Counted from the stretch's first letter, positions 38,340-48,615 are shown. The stretch is 64,000 bases of DNA from Chloroflexota bacterium (GCA_964291655.2 OZ219801.1:766012-830011), one strand, 5' to 3'. Numbers and translations: made by a program. Notes: generated by a model not told the origin, from the letters alone.

Positions 38340-40469
38340 ATGACGGAGCAAACGAAGCGCGTCTACGTCATTGGCCTTGACGGCATGATGCTGCCCATGT
38401 ACGAGCGATTCGCCGCAGAGGGATTGCTGCCGAACCTCAAGAAGCTGGCGGATGCCGGCATTGTCGGTGAGGCCTACCCTTCCATGCCGGTGTGGACGCC
38501 CACCAATTGGACGACCCTTGCCACAGGCGCGCACACCGGCACACACAGTGTGTCGCGCTGGTTCCTCAATCTTCCCACGCCACGACATGAGGAGCAGACA
38601 CTTTCTGCCTTCGTGCGCTCGGCGGTAGCAGCCGAGAACGTATTCGAAGCGGCCGCCAAAGCCGACCTCAAGAGCGTCGCGATTCACTATCCGGCGGCGT
38701 CGCCCAGCCAAGCGCCTCTCGCCCACGTCATCGACGGCTTCGGCCATCCCAGCTACGGCACCACGCCGTTTGAAGTCACGCCTGCTTGGGGGTACACAAA
38801 TCTGGAGAGCGTCACCAATAGCACGCGTATCAGCTTGCAACCGGCACGAGCAGCGACAGATACTGCCGGGAGCGTCCAAGCTTCACTGCTGGATACGGCC
38901 ACTCAGCCCTCATTAGAAGACGGCACCTGGGCTAACCTGCCGGAGCAGGCAGCAGGGGGCAAGGCGCCATTGGAATTCCCCATTGAAATCATCACGAAGC
39001 GCGACGGTGAGAATCAGACCCTCTGGGGGCTCGTCCTTGACACGCATGGCGCAGGTTACGACACGATCACTATCTGTGCAGAACGCAACTGCCAAACAGA
39101 ACTCGGACGCACCCGTGCCGGCGCTTGGAGTGACTGGATCTATCGCTCCTTCACAGTCGAGGGCACAGAACAGCCGGCGGCCTTTCGCTGCAAAGCCATC
39201 GAAATCGCACCGGATGCAAGTCGTCTCCTGCTCTATCGTTCTCAAGTCATGCATGTAGACGACTTCTGCGAGCCGACAGACTTAAGCGCCGAACTGGTCG
39301 ACCGCTTTGGCCCGTATCTGGAACACGCCTCGGTTTTTCCGTACGTCTGGGGTATCGCCGATCTGGACACCTGCATCGAAGAGATTGAGTACCAGTGCCA
39401 ATGGATCGCACGCGTGGGAAAGTTCCTGCTTGAGGAGCAAGACTACGCGCTGCTCTACACCCACATCCACATCTTCGACTACATCAACCACATATTCCTG
39501 CCGCTCGTCGATCCTGCCTGTCCCGGCTATCGGGAAGAAAACGCCGCGGAAGGCTGGCGTGCCTACCGCGAGTCCTACAAAGTAGCCGACCGCCTCTTTG
39601 GCACGCTCTTGGAAAGTGCACCGGAAGACACCGCCGTCTCCGATGAAGTCACCGTGATGGTGGTTTCCGACCACGCCGCCATTCCCCAATTCCGGGCTAC
39701 CGACATACCGCGCCTGCTCCACGACAACGGCTACCTGGCCTACAAAGAGCCGGTGGCGCACTTCGATCCCAATGAAGACTTTGCCAAGATTGACATGGCG
39801 CGGACCAAGGTATTCATCACACCCGTGCGCAACTACGAACTCTTCATCAATGCGGCGGAAGGGTCGGATGAGTACCTGCGCATTCAACGCGAGGTCATCA
39901 CGCTGCTGCGCTCGTGGGTGGATGCGGAGACTGGACAGTGCCCGGTTGCTGTGGCGCTGCCCAAGTACCACGCCGCGCTCTTTGGCTGTTGGGGGGACCA
40001 GTGCGGCGACATTGTCTATGCCATGGAGGACGGCTTTGTGAGCGGCTACCCCGGCGGTGAAGCGGAGGGGCAAGACCCCTACGTCTTCAAGCCCGCAGAA
40101 TACGGGGCGCACCATGGGCCGTACCTGCCCACCGCCCGCACGGCGCTCTCCTCCAATTTGGCATTCTTGCTGGCGCATGGGCCCGGCCTGAAGAGAGGCT
40201 ATCAGCGACCGGTCGAGCAACTGGGCTACGTACATCTCACAAGCGTCGTGCCGCTCGTGAGCCATCTGCTGGGAATCGAGCCGCCTGCGCAGTGCCAAGG
40301 TGCGCTGCCGCGCGACTTCTTGGAAGGCATCGCGCCCACCGCCGACCGTGCCGACGAACTGCCGCCTTGGGAGTGGGGTACGCAGGTGGACGGCTGGGGG
40401 GATCGCGTGTGGACACAAAAGCGCGACATGTTCGAAGGCTTCATGCCGGGCTACGAACGCAAAGACTGA
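38340..40469 (+). CDS. Alkaline phosphatase superfamily nucleotide pyrophosphatase/phosphodiesterase-like protein
   Basis: VIGLDG, TPTNWTTLATG, DYINH, VVSDH, GAHH. Confidence 0.85.
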   Translation: MTEQTKRVYVIGLDGMMLPMYERFAAEGLLPNLKKLADAGIVGEAYPSMPVWTPTNWTTLATGAHTGTHSVSRWFLNLPTPRHEEQTLSAFVRSAVAAENVFEAAAKADLKSVAIHYPAASPSQAPLAHVIDGFGHPSYGTTPFEVTPAWGYTNLESVTNSTRISLQPARAATDTAGSVQASLLDTATQPSLEDGTWANLPEQAAGGKAPLEFPIEIITKRDGENQTLWGLVLDTHGAGYDTITICAERNCQTELGRTRAGAWSDWIYRSFTVEGTEQPAAFRCKAIEIAPDASRLLLYRSQVMHVDDFCEPTDLSAELVDRFGPYLEHASVFPYVWGIADLDTCIEEIEYQCQWIARVGKFLLEEQDYALLYTHIHIFDYINHIFLPLVDPACPGYREENAAEGWRAYRESYKVADRLFGTLLESAPEDTAVSDEVTVMVVSDHAAIPQFRATDIPRLLHDNGYLAYKEPVAHFDPNEDFAKIDMARTKVFITPVRNYELFINAAEGSDEYLRIQREVITLLRSWVDAETGQCPVAVALPKYHAALFGCWGDQCGDIVYAMEDGFVSGYPGGEAEGQDPYVFKPAEYGAHHGPYLPTARTALSSNLAFLLAHGPGLKRGYQRPVEQLGYVHLTSVVPLVSHLLGIEPPAQCQGALPRDFLEGIAPTADRADELPPWEWGTQVDGWGDRVWTQKRDMFEGFMPGYERKD

Positions 40470-40480
40470 GGCAAAATGAA

Positions 40481-40522
40481 AATGAAGAGAGGCGGGCATG
40501 AACATGCCCGCCTCTCTTCATT
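40481..40522. terminator. Long hairpin between convergent genes (probable terminator)
   Basis: Perfect 20-bp stem aatgaagagaggcgggcatg-aa-catgcccgcctctcttcatt. Confidence 0.7.
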
Positions 40523-40589
40523 CCTGCTCTTTCGCATCGCTCTACTGTGTTCGGCTATACCAAGAGGAATCCTACCTAGCTCAAAGAGT

Positions 40590-41009
40590 CTAAATGGAAT
40601 TGGGAATATTAGCCGTAATCACGCCGCGCAGGGTTCCGCCGCTGCCGCCGGTCACCGTGAACTCATAAATTCCCGGCACCAGGATAAGCTCCATCGTGTA
40701 GTTTTGCCCCGCGGAGATCGACGCTGTCTGTTCTTCCATCTCTTCCCCACTGATTGTAAATGTCCGTGACTGTTGCGCCTTATTCTCAATCACAAGGTGT
40801 ACCGGCCCGCGCGGCACAGCAATTGCAGAAGGTGATACGCCCTCAGCACTGATGGTAACGACGACATCGGACGGTTCCAACTCTTCAACTTGAAGTTCGC
40901 CCAACAACGCTTGCTCATCCAATGGCCTGTCTGACGCCGTCGGGCCAATGCGGCACGCGCTCAAGCCGATTAACACCAATACAAGCAAAATGCTTGCCGC
41001 TATTCTCAT
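40590..41009 (-). CDS. Lipoprotein with cupredoxin-like (EfeO-type) fold
   Basis: Lipobox LSAC; PSAIAVPRGPV.L.IEN...PGIYEF...G..LRGVI. Confidence 0.65.
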   Translation of the reverse strand: MRIAASILLVLVLIGLSACRIGPTASDRPLDEQALLGELQVEELEPSDVVVTISAEGVSPSAIAVPRGPVHLVIENKAQQSRTFTISGEEMEEQTASISAGQNYTMELILVPGIYEFTVTGGSGGTLRGVITANIPNSI

Positions 41010-41144
41010 GAAACCCTCCACGTCTCTTTAAATTCTGCCGCATCCACTGCACGCCATACCGCCACGGCAGGCACGCCTATGTCCAGTACGTCTGTTGCAC
41101 CATAGAGTATCATTTTGCGTAAGATTCTGCATCCCTTCATCCGT

Positions 41145-42008
41145 CTATAGTTGGGACTCCGGTAGAGACACGGGTGGCTGCGCCGCAGCCGTCACGGTCC
41201 GGAGCGAGCGCGGCAATTCACGCAGCGCCGCGTGGTTGCCCTTACCGTGCCGTTTAACACTTACAATCTCCGCCATGACGGCCACGGCAATTTCCTGCGG
41301 CGTCCGCGCGTTGATATCGAGTCCAACCGGCGCATAGACACGCGCCAATTGTTCGGACGTCACGCCTTCCTCGAGTAGCCGCCGATAGACGGTAATAACA
41401 CGCCGCCTGCTCCCGATCATGCCAATGTAGGGCACCGGCGAATCGACAACTTGACTGAGCACTTCTTCGTCGTGCTCATGCGCGCGCGTTACAAGCACCA
41501 GATAGGTCGATCGGTCAATTGCCACATGCGACGTCATTGTATTGAACGGGATACAGAATACCTCGTCCGCATGGGGGAAGCGTTCCCCCGTGGCAAAGTC
41601 CGCGCGGTCGTCCACTACCATGACTTCGAAGCCCAAGATCTTGCCGATTTCATTCAGCGGAACGGCAATGTGACCGGCGCCAATCACAAGGAGCCGATCA
41701 GGGGGTAAGAGGGGTTCGAAAAGCAATTGCACAAAAGTGCGGCTGCGACGCGGCGCCGGCGTGCCATCCGGCATGTAGAGTTCGAGCCGCGGCACGCCTT
41801 CCTCGATTACGTTCACGGCCTGCTCGCGGGCAACTCCGTCAAGCAATGGGGAACCCAATGAGCCTTGAGCCCGCGCGTCTGCAGAGACGAGGAGCTTTGC
41901 GCCCGGCGCCATGCCAGGGTCGACGCCTCGCGCACTCACCAGGGTGACCATAATTGCCGATTCGCGGCGCCTGAGTGTCTCGGCCACATGCCGTGCCAGG
42001 GTTAGCAT
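41145..42008 (-). CDS. XdhC/CoxF molybdenum hydroxylase maturation factor, C-terminal half
   Basis: LLVIGAGHIA, DDRADFA, VTRAHEHD, YIGMIGSRRR, APVGLDI..TPQEIAVAV; likely ATG at 42008. Confidence 0.88.
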   Translation of the reverse strand: MLTLARHVAETLRRRESAIMVTLVSARGVDPGMAPGAKLLVSADARAQGSLGSPLLDGVAREQAVNVIEEGVPRLELYMPDGTPAPRRSRTFVQLLFEPLLPPDRLLVIGAGHIAVPLNEIGKILGFEVMVVDDRADFATGERFPHADEVFCIPFNTMTSHVAIDRSTYLVLVTRAHEHDEEVLSQVVDSPVPYIGMIGSRRRVITVYRRLLEEGVTSEQLARVYAPVGLDINARTPQEIAVAVMAEIVSVKRHGKGNHAALRELPRSLRTVTAAAQPPVSLPESQL

Positions 42009-42209
42009 CGGCGCACTCGCTGTACATGCATGGGATATCTCGCCATAATCGGAGTTTCTTCTTGGCTGCCTAAGCCGGAAGCGTGAAATACACGGCGAAC
42101 AATCCCATGTGAATTGCGACAACTCGCCGGTTTTCACATGGAATCGGCCCAAGTGACCGGAATCAGGCATTCACTGGCATAGGAGGACGGCTACCGGATG
42201 TGAGACCGG

Positions 42210-42554
42210 CTACTCCCCACTGCCGCGCGCACCGTCCACAGACGAAGTCTCCGGCTGCCACACGTCTATGAACACCGTGAGAGTACCGCCGCAGACATCG
42301 CCCATGACGTCGTCATTCAAGTCTACCTCTACAACCCGTGAAGCTCTCTCGCGTAGCGCCGCCGTAGCTTCTTTCCATACTTCCGCCTCAACGCAGCCAC
42401 CCCCGATGGTGCCCTGCGTGCGGCCGTCCTCTTGCACCAGGAGCTTGGCGCCCACCTTCTGCGGTGTGGAGCCGCGAGTTTGTATAACGGTGGCAACAGC
42501 CAGGCACTCCGCTTGCTCTAACCGCATAACGACGTCGTCATAGACTGTGCGCAT
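42210..42554 (-). CDS. XdhC/CoxI N-terminal domain protein (split XdhC)
   Basis: ATVIQTRGSTPQKVGAK, GTIGGGCVE, CGG. Confidence 0.88.
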   Translation of the reverse strand: MRTVYDDVVMRLEQAECLAVATVIQTRGSTPQKVGAKLLVQEDGRTQGTIGGGCVEAEVWKEATAALRERASRVVEVDLNDDVMGDVCGGTLTVFIDVWQPETSSVDGARGSGE

Positions 42555-42697
42555 TCGCCGCTCTACTCCTGTCTCTTAGACTGTTTTCAATGATAGTGAA
42601 GCCCTTGGGGCCGGTCAAAGCGAGAGCGCCGCGGCGGTGCTAGTCGCGCCATGCTTCTGAAATTGGTCTTGCGTGCGCCAACGAAACGTCTCGCGTC

Positions 42698-43039
42698 TCA
42701 ACCCGGCGGCCAGCCGAGCTTGCGGCCGCCCAAGAGATGTAGGTGAAGGTGGTCCACGGACTGCCCTGCCGCGCGACCGCAGTTGAATACAAGCCGGTAG
42801 CCGGACTCGCCGATACCCTCTTGCCGCGCGATAGTATTCGCAGCGAGGAACATCTCACCAAGCACCGCCGTGTGCGTTTCATTGAGATCGGCAACCGATT
42901 CAACATGCTCACGCGGCACAATGAGCACGTGCGTTGGCGCTTGCGGCGTGATGTCGCGAAACGCCACGATCTGCTCACCTTCATATATGAGCTCCGTCGG
43001 CAAGCTCCGATCGACAATGCCACAGAAAATGCAGTCCAT
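42698..43039 (-). CDS. Histidine triad (HIT) nucleotide-binding protein
   Basis: CIFC, AFRDITPQAPTHVLIVP, GQSVDHLHLH, WPPG. Confidence 0.95.
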   Translation of the reverse strand: MDCIFCGIVDRSLPTELIYEGEQIVAFRDITPQAPTHVLIVPREHVESVADLNETHTAVLGEMFLAANTIARQEGIGESGYRLVFNCGRAAGQSVDHLHLHLLGGRKLGWPPG

Positions 43040-43220
43040 CTGTCACCTCGCTTTGCTGCGATCGACACACGCGCCTGCCAGGTAGGCCTACCCGCCGGGA
43101 CTCCTCAAGGCACTTCGGTCATTGTCTGCAAACGTGCAGCCTGTCTTCGTTAGAGGTCCCTTTCTCTCCATGAATTGGGACGGAATCGAATGCGACGAAG
43201 GGCCACTTCGGTGTCCTAAA

Positions 43221-44582
43221 CTACGTCCCGGCCGCCATTTCTCCGAGCGCGCCGTCCATGTGTGGTTTCAAGAGCCGCACCGTACTCAATGTGCCTGCAG
43301 CAATCGTATCACTCTTGACGTACACGCGCAGGTAGTTATCGGCGCATCCGCGCCAGAGTCCTTCGGATTCTTCCTCCCACACAACGTCCAGCGCAGTGCC
43401 GAGGAAGCGCGCAGCATACGCCTGGCGCAGTGCAGGTACCTTTGCCAGGAGTGTTTGCACCCGCCGCTTGCGCGTGCCGAACGGCACATGCCCGTCAAAG
43501 TGCGCCGCGCTGGTACGGGGCCGCACCGAATAGGGGAAGACGTGCAAATCGGCATATCCCATCTCCTCGACAAACGCAGCAGTTTCGCCAAATAGCTCCT
43601 CCGTTTCGCCGGGAAAGCCCACGAGCACATCGGTGGTAAGTGCCAGCTCAGGGCAAACCTCGCGCGCGCGCCGCACGATTTCCCGATACTCGTCCAGCGT
43701 GTGACGCCGATTCATGCGTTTCAAAACGGAAGGACTGCCACTCTGGAGCGGTAGGTGCATGTGCCGGCAGACGCGGGAGTGCGCGAACAAATCCAAGAAA
43801 CCGAAATCGAAATGCATCGGATTGATCGAACTGATACGGATTCGTGGGATTTCAGTCTCAGCGAGCAGGCGATGGATAAGCGTCGTCAAGTCGCTTCCAG
43901 ATGCGGGGTCCTCATAGTCCCCAATACATACACCTGTGAGCACCGCTTCCGCTACGCCTTGCGCATGGAGGTCTTGTACACGCCGGACAATCTCAGATGC
44001 GGGCCGCGACACCGAGCGGCCGCGCGCTCGCGGCACAATGCAGTACGCACAGGCGTGCCAGCAGCCGTCCTGGACTTTGACGAACACCCGGCTGCGGGTC
44101 CGATTTGTACTTGGCTGCAACAGAGCCGCATAGGCCAGTTCTTCCGGTGAAAGCGGCTCGGGCACTGAAACTCCACGTTCCCGTAGTGCCCCAGAGACAA
44201 TGTCGACCAGCTCTTCCTGCCGGTCTCGCTGGATCACAAAAGCGTCCGGCGCCACGCTCGCCGCTTCTTCGGGGGAAACCGCCGCATAACATCCCGTGAC
44301 CACCAAAACGCCGTGTGGGCTGGCACTCTGAGCGCGGCGGATCATCTGGCGCGACTTGCGGTCGGCCACGTGGGTCACCGTGCAGGTATTCACCACGTTT
44401 ACTTCAGCCGGTTCGCCAAATGCCACCGGGTTGAAGCCGGCTTGCACGAATCGCTCGCGTATCTCCTCCGATTCCGCCTGGTTCACCTTGCAACCAAGCG
44501 TAAGCACAGCACAGCGGGGTGCGCCCTCTTCTCTCTGTGCGGGTGCTTCTTGCTGTTGTTCTACGAAAGCGACTGACATCAT
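43221..44582 (-). CDS. mtaB: tRNA t6A37 methylthiotransferase (radical SAM)
   Basis: TLGCKVNQAE, NTCTVT, VTGCYA, VKVQDGCWHACAYCIVP, PLQSGS, VGFPGET; likely start at 44582 or 44579. Confidence 0.92.
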   Translation of the reverse strand: MMSVAFVEQQQEAPAQREEGAPRCAVLTLGCKVNQAESEEIRERFVQAGFNPVAFGEPAEVNVVNTCTVTHVADRKSRQMIRRAQSASPHGVLVVTGCYAAVSPEEAASVAPDAFVIQRDRQEELVDIVSGALRERGVSVPEPLSPEELAYAALLQPSTNRTRSRVFVKVQDGCWHACAYCIVPRARGRSVSRPASEIVRRVQDLHAQGVAEAVLTGVCIGDYEDPASGSDLTTLIHRLLAETEIPRIRISSINPMHFDFGFLDLFAHSRVCRHMHLPLQSGSPSVLKRMNRRHTLDEYREIVRRAREVCPELALTTDVLVGFPGETEELFGETAAFVEEMGYADLHVFPYSVRPRTSAAHFDGHVPFGTRKRRVQTLLAKVPALRQAYAARFLGTALDVVWEEESEGLWRGCADNYLRVYVKSDTIAAGTLSTVRLLKPHMDGALGEMAAGT

Positions 44583-44652
44583 TGCGGCCTGTGCAAAGTG
44601 TTGGCAGCCATCAAAGGGCTGCGTTGGATTCACAAACAATCACGCTGTTCAT
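44579..44652 (-). other. Two translationally coupled mini-ORFs (13 aa and 10 aa) upstream of mtaB
   Basis: AGGAGG-led ATG 44652 MNSVIVCESNAAL-TGA; TGATG overlap into MAANTLHRPQ-TGA; ATGATG overlap with mtaB. Confidence 0.45.
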
Positions 44653-44723
44653 CGCACCTCCTACTTATACCACACCACTCTGCCCCCTTGACCGCTGCAG
44701 TGAAGAACACGGCATCATCAGCG

Positions 44724-45009
44724 TCAGCTTGCCCGGTAGCGCAGGTTTGCAACCTGCGTCCGCCACCGTCGCCCAGAACTACCGTTTACCTCGTGTCGCG
44801 CTCGAGACGAATATCCTACAAAGAGCGGGGGACAAGCCCCAATGCTGCCGCCTCGAACGCCACAGTGAATAGCGCGGGGCGTAATCAGCTTGCCCGGTAG
44901 CGCAGGTTTGCAACCTGCGTCCGGGTGTCGCCCCCGGAGACATGGCCTACCTCGTGTCGCGTTCGGGGCGGGACTCCGGCAAGAAGCGGGGGACAAGCCC
45001 CCGCGCTAC
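44724..45009. repeat. Tandem pair (161-bp period) of REPIN-like units made of two different inward-facing GTAG palindromes
   Basis: GTAG-CGCAGGTTTGCAACCTGCG at 44736 and 44897; family-A reverse copies at 44825 (truncated) and 44986. Confidence 0.85.
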
Positions 45010-45228
45010 AGCCAGCCAATGCGAGTGCAGGTACCTTAGCAAGAGCACACTAACCGAGTCCAAGCGCTTAGCGGTCCTTTCACCAAGGGCTCATGCTTCC
45101 GCATAGACGGTAGGCTCAAACCGCTGCGTCATCCTGTCTCTTGCGAGCGCGAGGTTAGCAAAGGGGAGCCCTTACAACACACGCACCACGCCTGCCCCCC
45201 ACTTTGCTGTTCTTCACCCTGTCACTGT

Positions 45229-46002
45229 CTACGCCATGAGCGACCCGCCATTGACGTCCAAACAAGCGCCGGTGACGTAGCTGGATTCATCGCTCACGAG
45301 AAAGACCACCACGCTGGCTAACTCTTCCGGATCAGGCAAACGTCGTAGCGGCGTGGCCTCGATCATGCGCGACTGCTCTTCGTCCGTCATGTTGTCCCAG
45401 GCGGCCTGCAGCGCCGGGCCGCTCACCGTAAAGCTCGGCACGAGACAATTCACGTTGATGCCGAAAGGCCCGAGGTCCTTGGCGACCTGGCGCGTCAGCC
45501 CGATGACGCCAATCTTGGCGCAAATGTATTCCGGCGTAACCTGCCCGAACCACGCCGTGCCGCGGGCGGCGCGGGAGGAGACGTTCACGATTTTGCCGCT
45601 CCGTTGGCGTTGCATGTGCGGCGTAATGTGCTTCATGCAGAGCATAGTGGCGGTGAGGTTGATTGCCATAATCTCGTCCCAGTGCTCGCGGTCGATCCTG
45701 TCTATATCTGCGGACGCGGGGCGCTGTCCCGCTCCGCCCGCGTTGTTGACGAGGATGTCGATCCGACCGTACTCCGCCACCACCTGTTCCACCATCTGTT
45801 GCACGGCTCGCTCAACTGTCAGGTCTGTGTGCACTGCCAATGCCTGGTGGCCCCGCGCTCGGATCGCCCGTGCCGTGCCTTCGCCATCTGCCACGTCGAC
45901 GACAACCACGCGGCCGCCCTCGCGCGCGATGGCATGGGCATAGGTCGCTCCCAGGCCGGCCGCGGCACCGGTGACGATAGCAACTTTATCTTGTAACCGC
46001 AT
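45229..46002 (-). CDS. Short-chain dehydrogenase/reductase
   Basis: KVAIVTGAAAGLG, DILVNNAG, NVSS, YICAK, YVTG..LDVNGG. Confidence 0.93.
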   Translation of the reverse strand: MRLQDKVAIVTGAAAGLGATYAHAIAREGGRVVVVDVADGEGTARAIRARGHQALAVHTDLTVERAVQQMVEQVVAEYGRIDILVNNAGGAGQRPASADIDRIDREHWDEIMAINLTATMLCMKHITPHMQRQRSGKIVNVSSRAARGTAWFGQVTPEYICAKIGVIGLTRQVAKDLGPFGINVNCLVPSFTVSGPALQAAWDNMTDEEQSRMIEATPLRRLPDPEELASVVVFLVSDESSYVTGACLDVNGGSLMA

Positions 46003-46069
46003 CCTCGTTTCCTCTCCACTAGGCGCGGGCCGCAACTCTGTCGCTATGGAGGCAGAACGCGACGATTGC

Positions 46070-46510
46070 TCATCCCTCCCGGTCAGCAGGGGATAGTTTC
46101 CCCAACAGCGCGTCCTGTTCACCGGCGAGGCACAAACTCGGGTCGTCCAGTTTCACCCAGGAAATGCAGAACGCGAGTGTTTCGCCGGTGCTAGCGTGCA
46201 ACTCGTAGTGGAGCCACGAATCCGGCGCTGCGGCGGTGAGCACAAGCTGGTAGAAATGCCGATCATGGCAATCGGGTCCCGCCTGCCAGAGACGGCGTCC
46301 CAGATATGCCGGTTCGCGCAGCGCCGTTGGCGGCAAGCCGGATTCCTCATGCACTTCACGGAGCACCGCCGCATCGAGTGGCTCGCCTTCTTCCACGGTC
46401 CCGGCCGGCACTTGCACACCGGCCTCAGGGAAATCACGGTGCGTAAAAACCAAGAGTTCGTCTCCTCGTGTGATGTACGCAACTACCTTCTTGACAGTTT
46501 TCGTCATCAC
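46070..46510 (-). CDS. NUDIX hydrolase
   Basis: QVPAGTVEEGE....AVLREVHEESGL Nudix box. Confidence 0.9.
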   Translation of the reverse strand: MMTKTVKKVVAYITRGDELLVFTHRDFPEAGVQVPAGTVEEGEPLDAAVLREVHEESGLPPTALREPAYLGRRLWQAGPDCHDRHFYQLVLTAAAPDSWLHYELHASTGETLAFCISWVKLDDPSLCLAGEQDALLGKLSPADREG

Positions 46511-46541
46511 GACCCCATGCGCAGTATCCGCTACCCTATCC

Positions 46542-48243
46542 CTATTTCATTGCCGCCAAACGCCGACGCAGATCGAGCTCAGGCGTCTGCCAAGGATCGA
46601 CACGCACGTCCAGCAGCACCGGACCATTGGCTGAAAACGCTGCTTCCAATGCCGGCGCAAGCTCTGCTGGGTCCCTCACACTCAATCCCTCGCAACCAAA
46701 GCCCCGTGCAATCAGAGCATAGTCGGTATCAGGGAAATCTACTTCCTCATAGTCGCCGCTGTAGTTCAACATTTCCGAGATCTTGCTGTAGCCGAGGCAG
46801 CTATTGTTCAACACTACGACGGTTATGTCTAGTCCGTATTTGGCTAGGACGGCCAACTCGCCAATAGCATAGGTGACGCTGCCGTCACCTACCACAACCA
46901 CAACCTTGCCTTCCGGCTGCGCAAAACGCGCGCCAATCGCCGCCGGTACGCCGAATCCCATCGTCGCCAGACCGCGCGGGAACAAGAAGCGCTGCCCACC
47001 GCGCAGCGTGCGCAGGTACGAGCCGACCCATCCCACGGAAAAACTGGCATCGGAGACCACGATATCCTCCGGCTTGAGCCGCTCCTGGATCTGCGCCATG
47101 AGATGCTGGGGACGAATCGGCGTCGCCGTATCATTCAATTCCCCGCTAATTTCGCCCTGCCATTGCGCCTTAAATTCAGCCACCTGGGCGAGCCATGCGC
47201 TTCGCTCCGGCTGCACGTCTGCGCATGCAATCGCAAGCGCTTCCAATCCGGCACGGGCATCGGCCACCATTCCCGCTTCGACCTGATAGATCTTGCCGAC
47301 TTCAGCCGGATCGATGTCTACGTGCACAATGCGTTGCGTCCGTGCGGGCTGTGTCCACGCCGACGTCACCTGCTGAGATGACTTCATACCCACGAGAACG
47401 ACCACGTCGGCGGCAGCGACAACGTGGTTAGCAAGCCTCTGAGCCGTATTGCCCTCCCATGACACCAATGGCGAGGTGATGCTCGTCAGGAAAGACACCC
47501 TTGCCTGAGATCGTAGTCGCAACCGGCATCTGAAGAGGCTCTGCAAGAGTGCGCAAGGCTTCCCACGCTTGGGATATCGCCACACCGCCGCCTGCTACCA
47601 GCACGGGGCGTTCAGCGCTCTCGAGCACACGCGCCGCGTCAGCTACGTCCTCCGGATCAGGATGCGCGCGCCACGCGGGAAAGCTGCCGGCGCGTGGACT
47701 GCATACCATGTCCGCCGCACTATCATCCCAATCCTCTTTGAATACGTCCGCCGGAATATCGAACACTACCGGTCCCGGTCTGCCTGCAGTGGCGAGTTGG
47801 AAACTGTAGCGTACCGTATCGGGCAACGATTCCTGAGTGGCTACGCGAAACGCGCCTTTCGCGATCGGCGTAAAAGGAGAGACCTGCTCCACACCCTGCG
47901 CCGTGCAGCCGCGCTCATTCCACACCATCCAATCGCGCGGCGCATTGCTCAGAATCCCCAGCACGGGAATCGAGGAGTTATAGGCCTCAGCCATGCCGGA
48001 CGGCAGCTTGAGCACGCCCACGCCAAAGGCAGCGTCGCAGACACCCACTTTGCCGCTCACGCGCGCATAGCCGTCAGCCGCATAGGCGCTGGAGCGCTCG
48101 TCGCGCACGGCAATGTGACGTGCTCTACCCCTGCGGCGGTGCAGCGCATCATTGAGCGGATAGCCTTGCCCGCCGATTGCCCCAAAGACGAATTCCACGC
48201 CGTGGGCGATCAGCAGTTCCGCGAGGAGGTCACCAGTATTCAT
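46542..48243 (-). pseudogene. Thiamine-diphosphate-dependent enzyme (acetolactate synthase-like), frameshifted near 47430-47440
   Basis: N-half RDERSSAYAADGYAR...GRPGPV ends GGQYGSEAC-stop; C-half in another frame continues ANHVVAAADVV...GDGS...NN. Confidence 0.75.
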
Positions 48244-48333
48244 GCGTGTTTCCCTCTATCTCTAAAGCGGGGTATTGCTCACTCAAACGCGCCTGTTGGC
48301 ACATTCCCATTCGGTCGCACCGCCAATTTTGTT

Positions 48334-48451
48334 GCACTTCGACAAGCTCAGTGCGAACGGAAATGATCGAATCCCAAGCAACGATTCCCAATTAGCAAAT
48401 TCCAATACTCGAATTCCAAATAGCGAATCCCAGTGCTTGAACCCCAGTTAA
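48334..48451 (+). repeat. Family-B palindrome followed by six degenerate 14-bp tandem units
   Basis: gcacttcgacaagctcagtgcgaacgg, then cgaat(c/t)ccaa-type units at 48368, 48382, 48396, 48410, 48424 and 48438. Confidence 0.75.
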
Positions 48452-48615
48452 AGTGCGGTGCACTCTATGGGGGCGAGCCGAATACTTTCCAACAAACTTA
48501 CTGGCAAGATTACCGCATATTGCTGACCGCGCGCGAACCACGTGTTGTCATTACTGTAGATGTCAGGTAATTCGTTGACAGAATCCGCTTTCCCGAAGAG
48601 AACGCTATAAGAACT

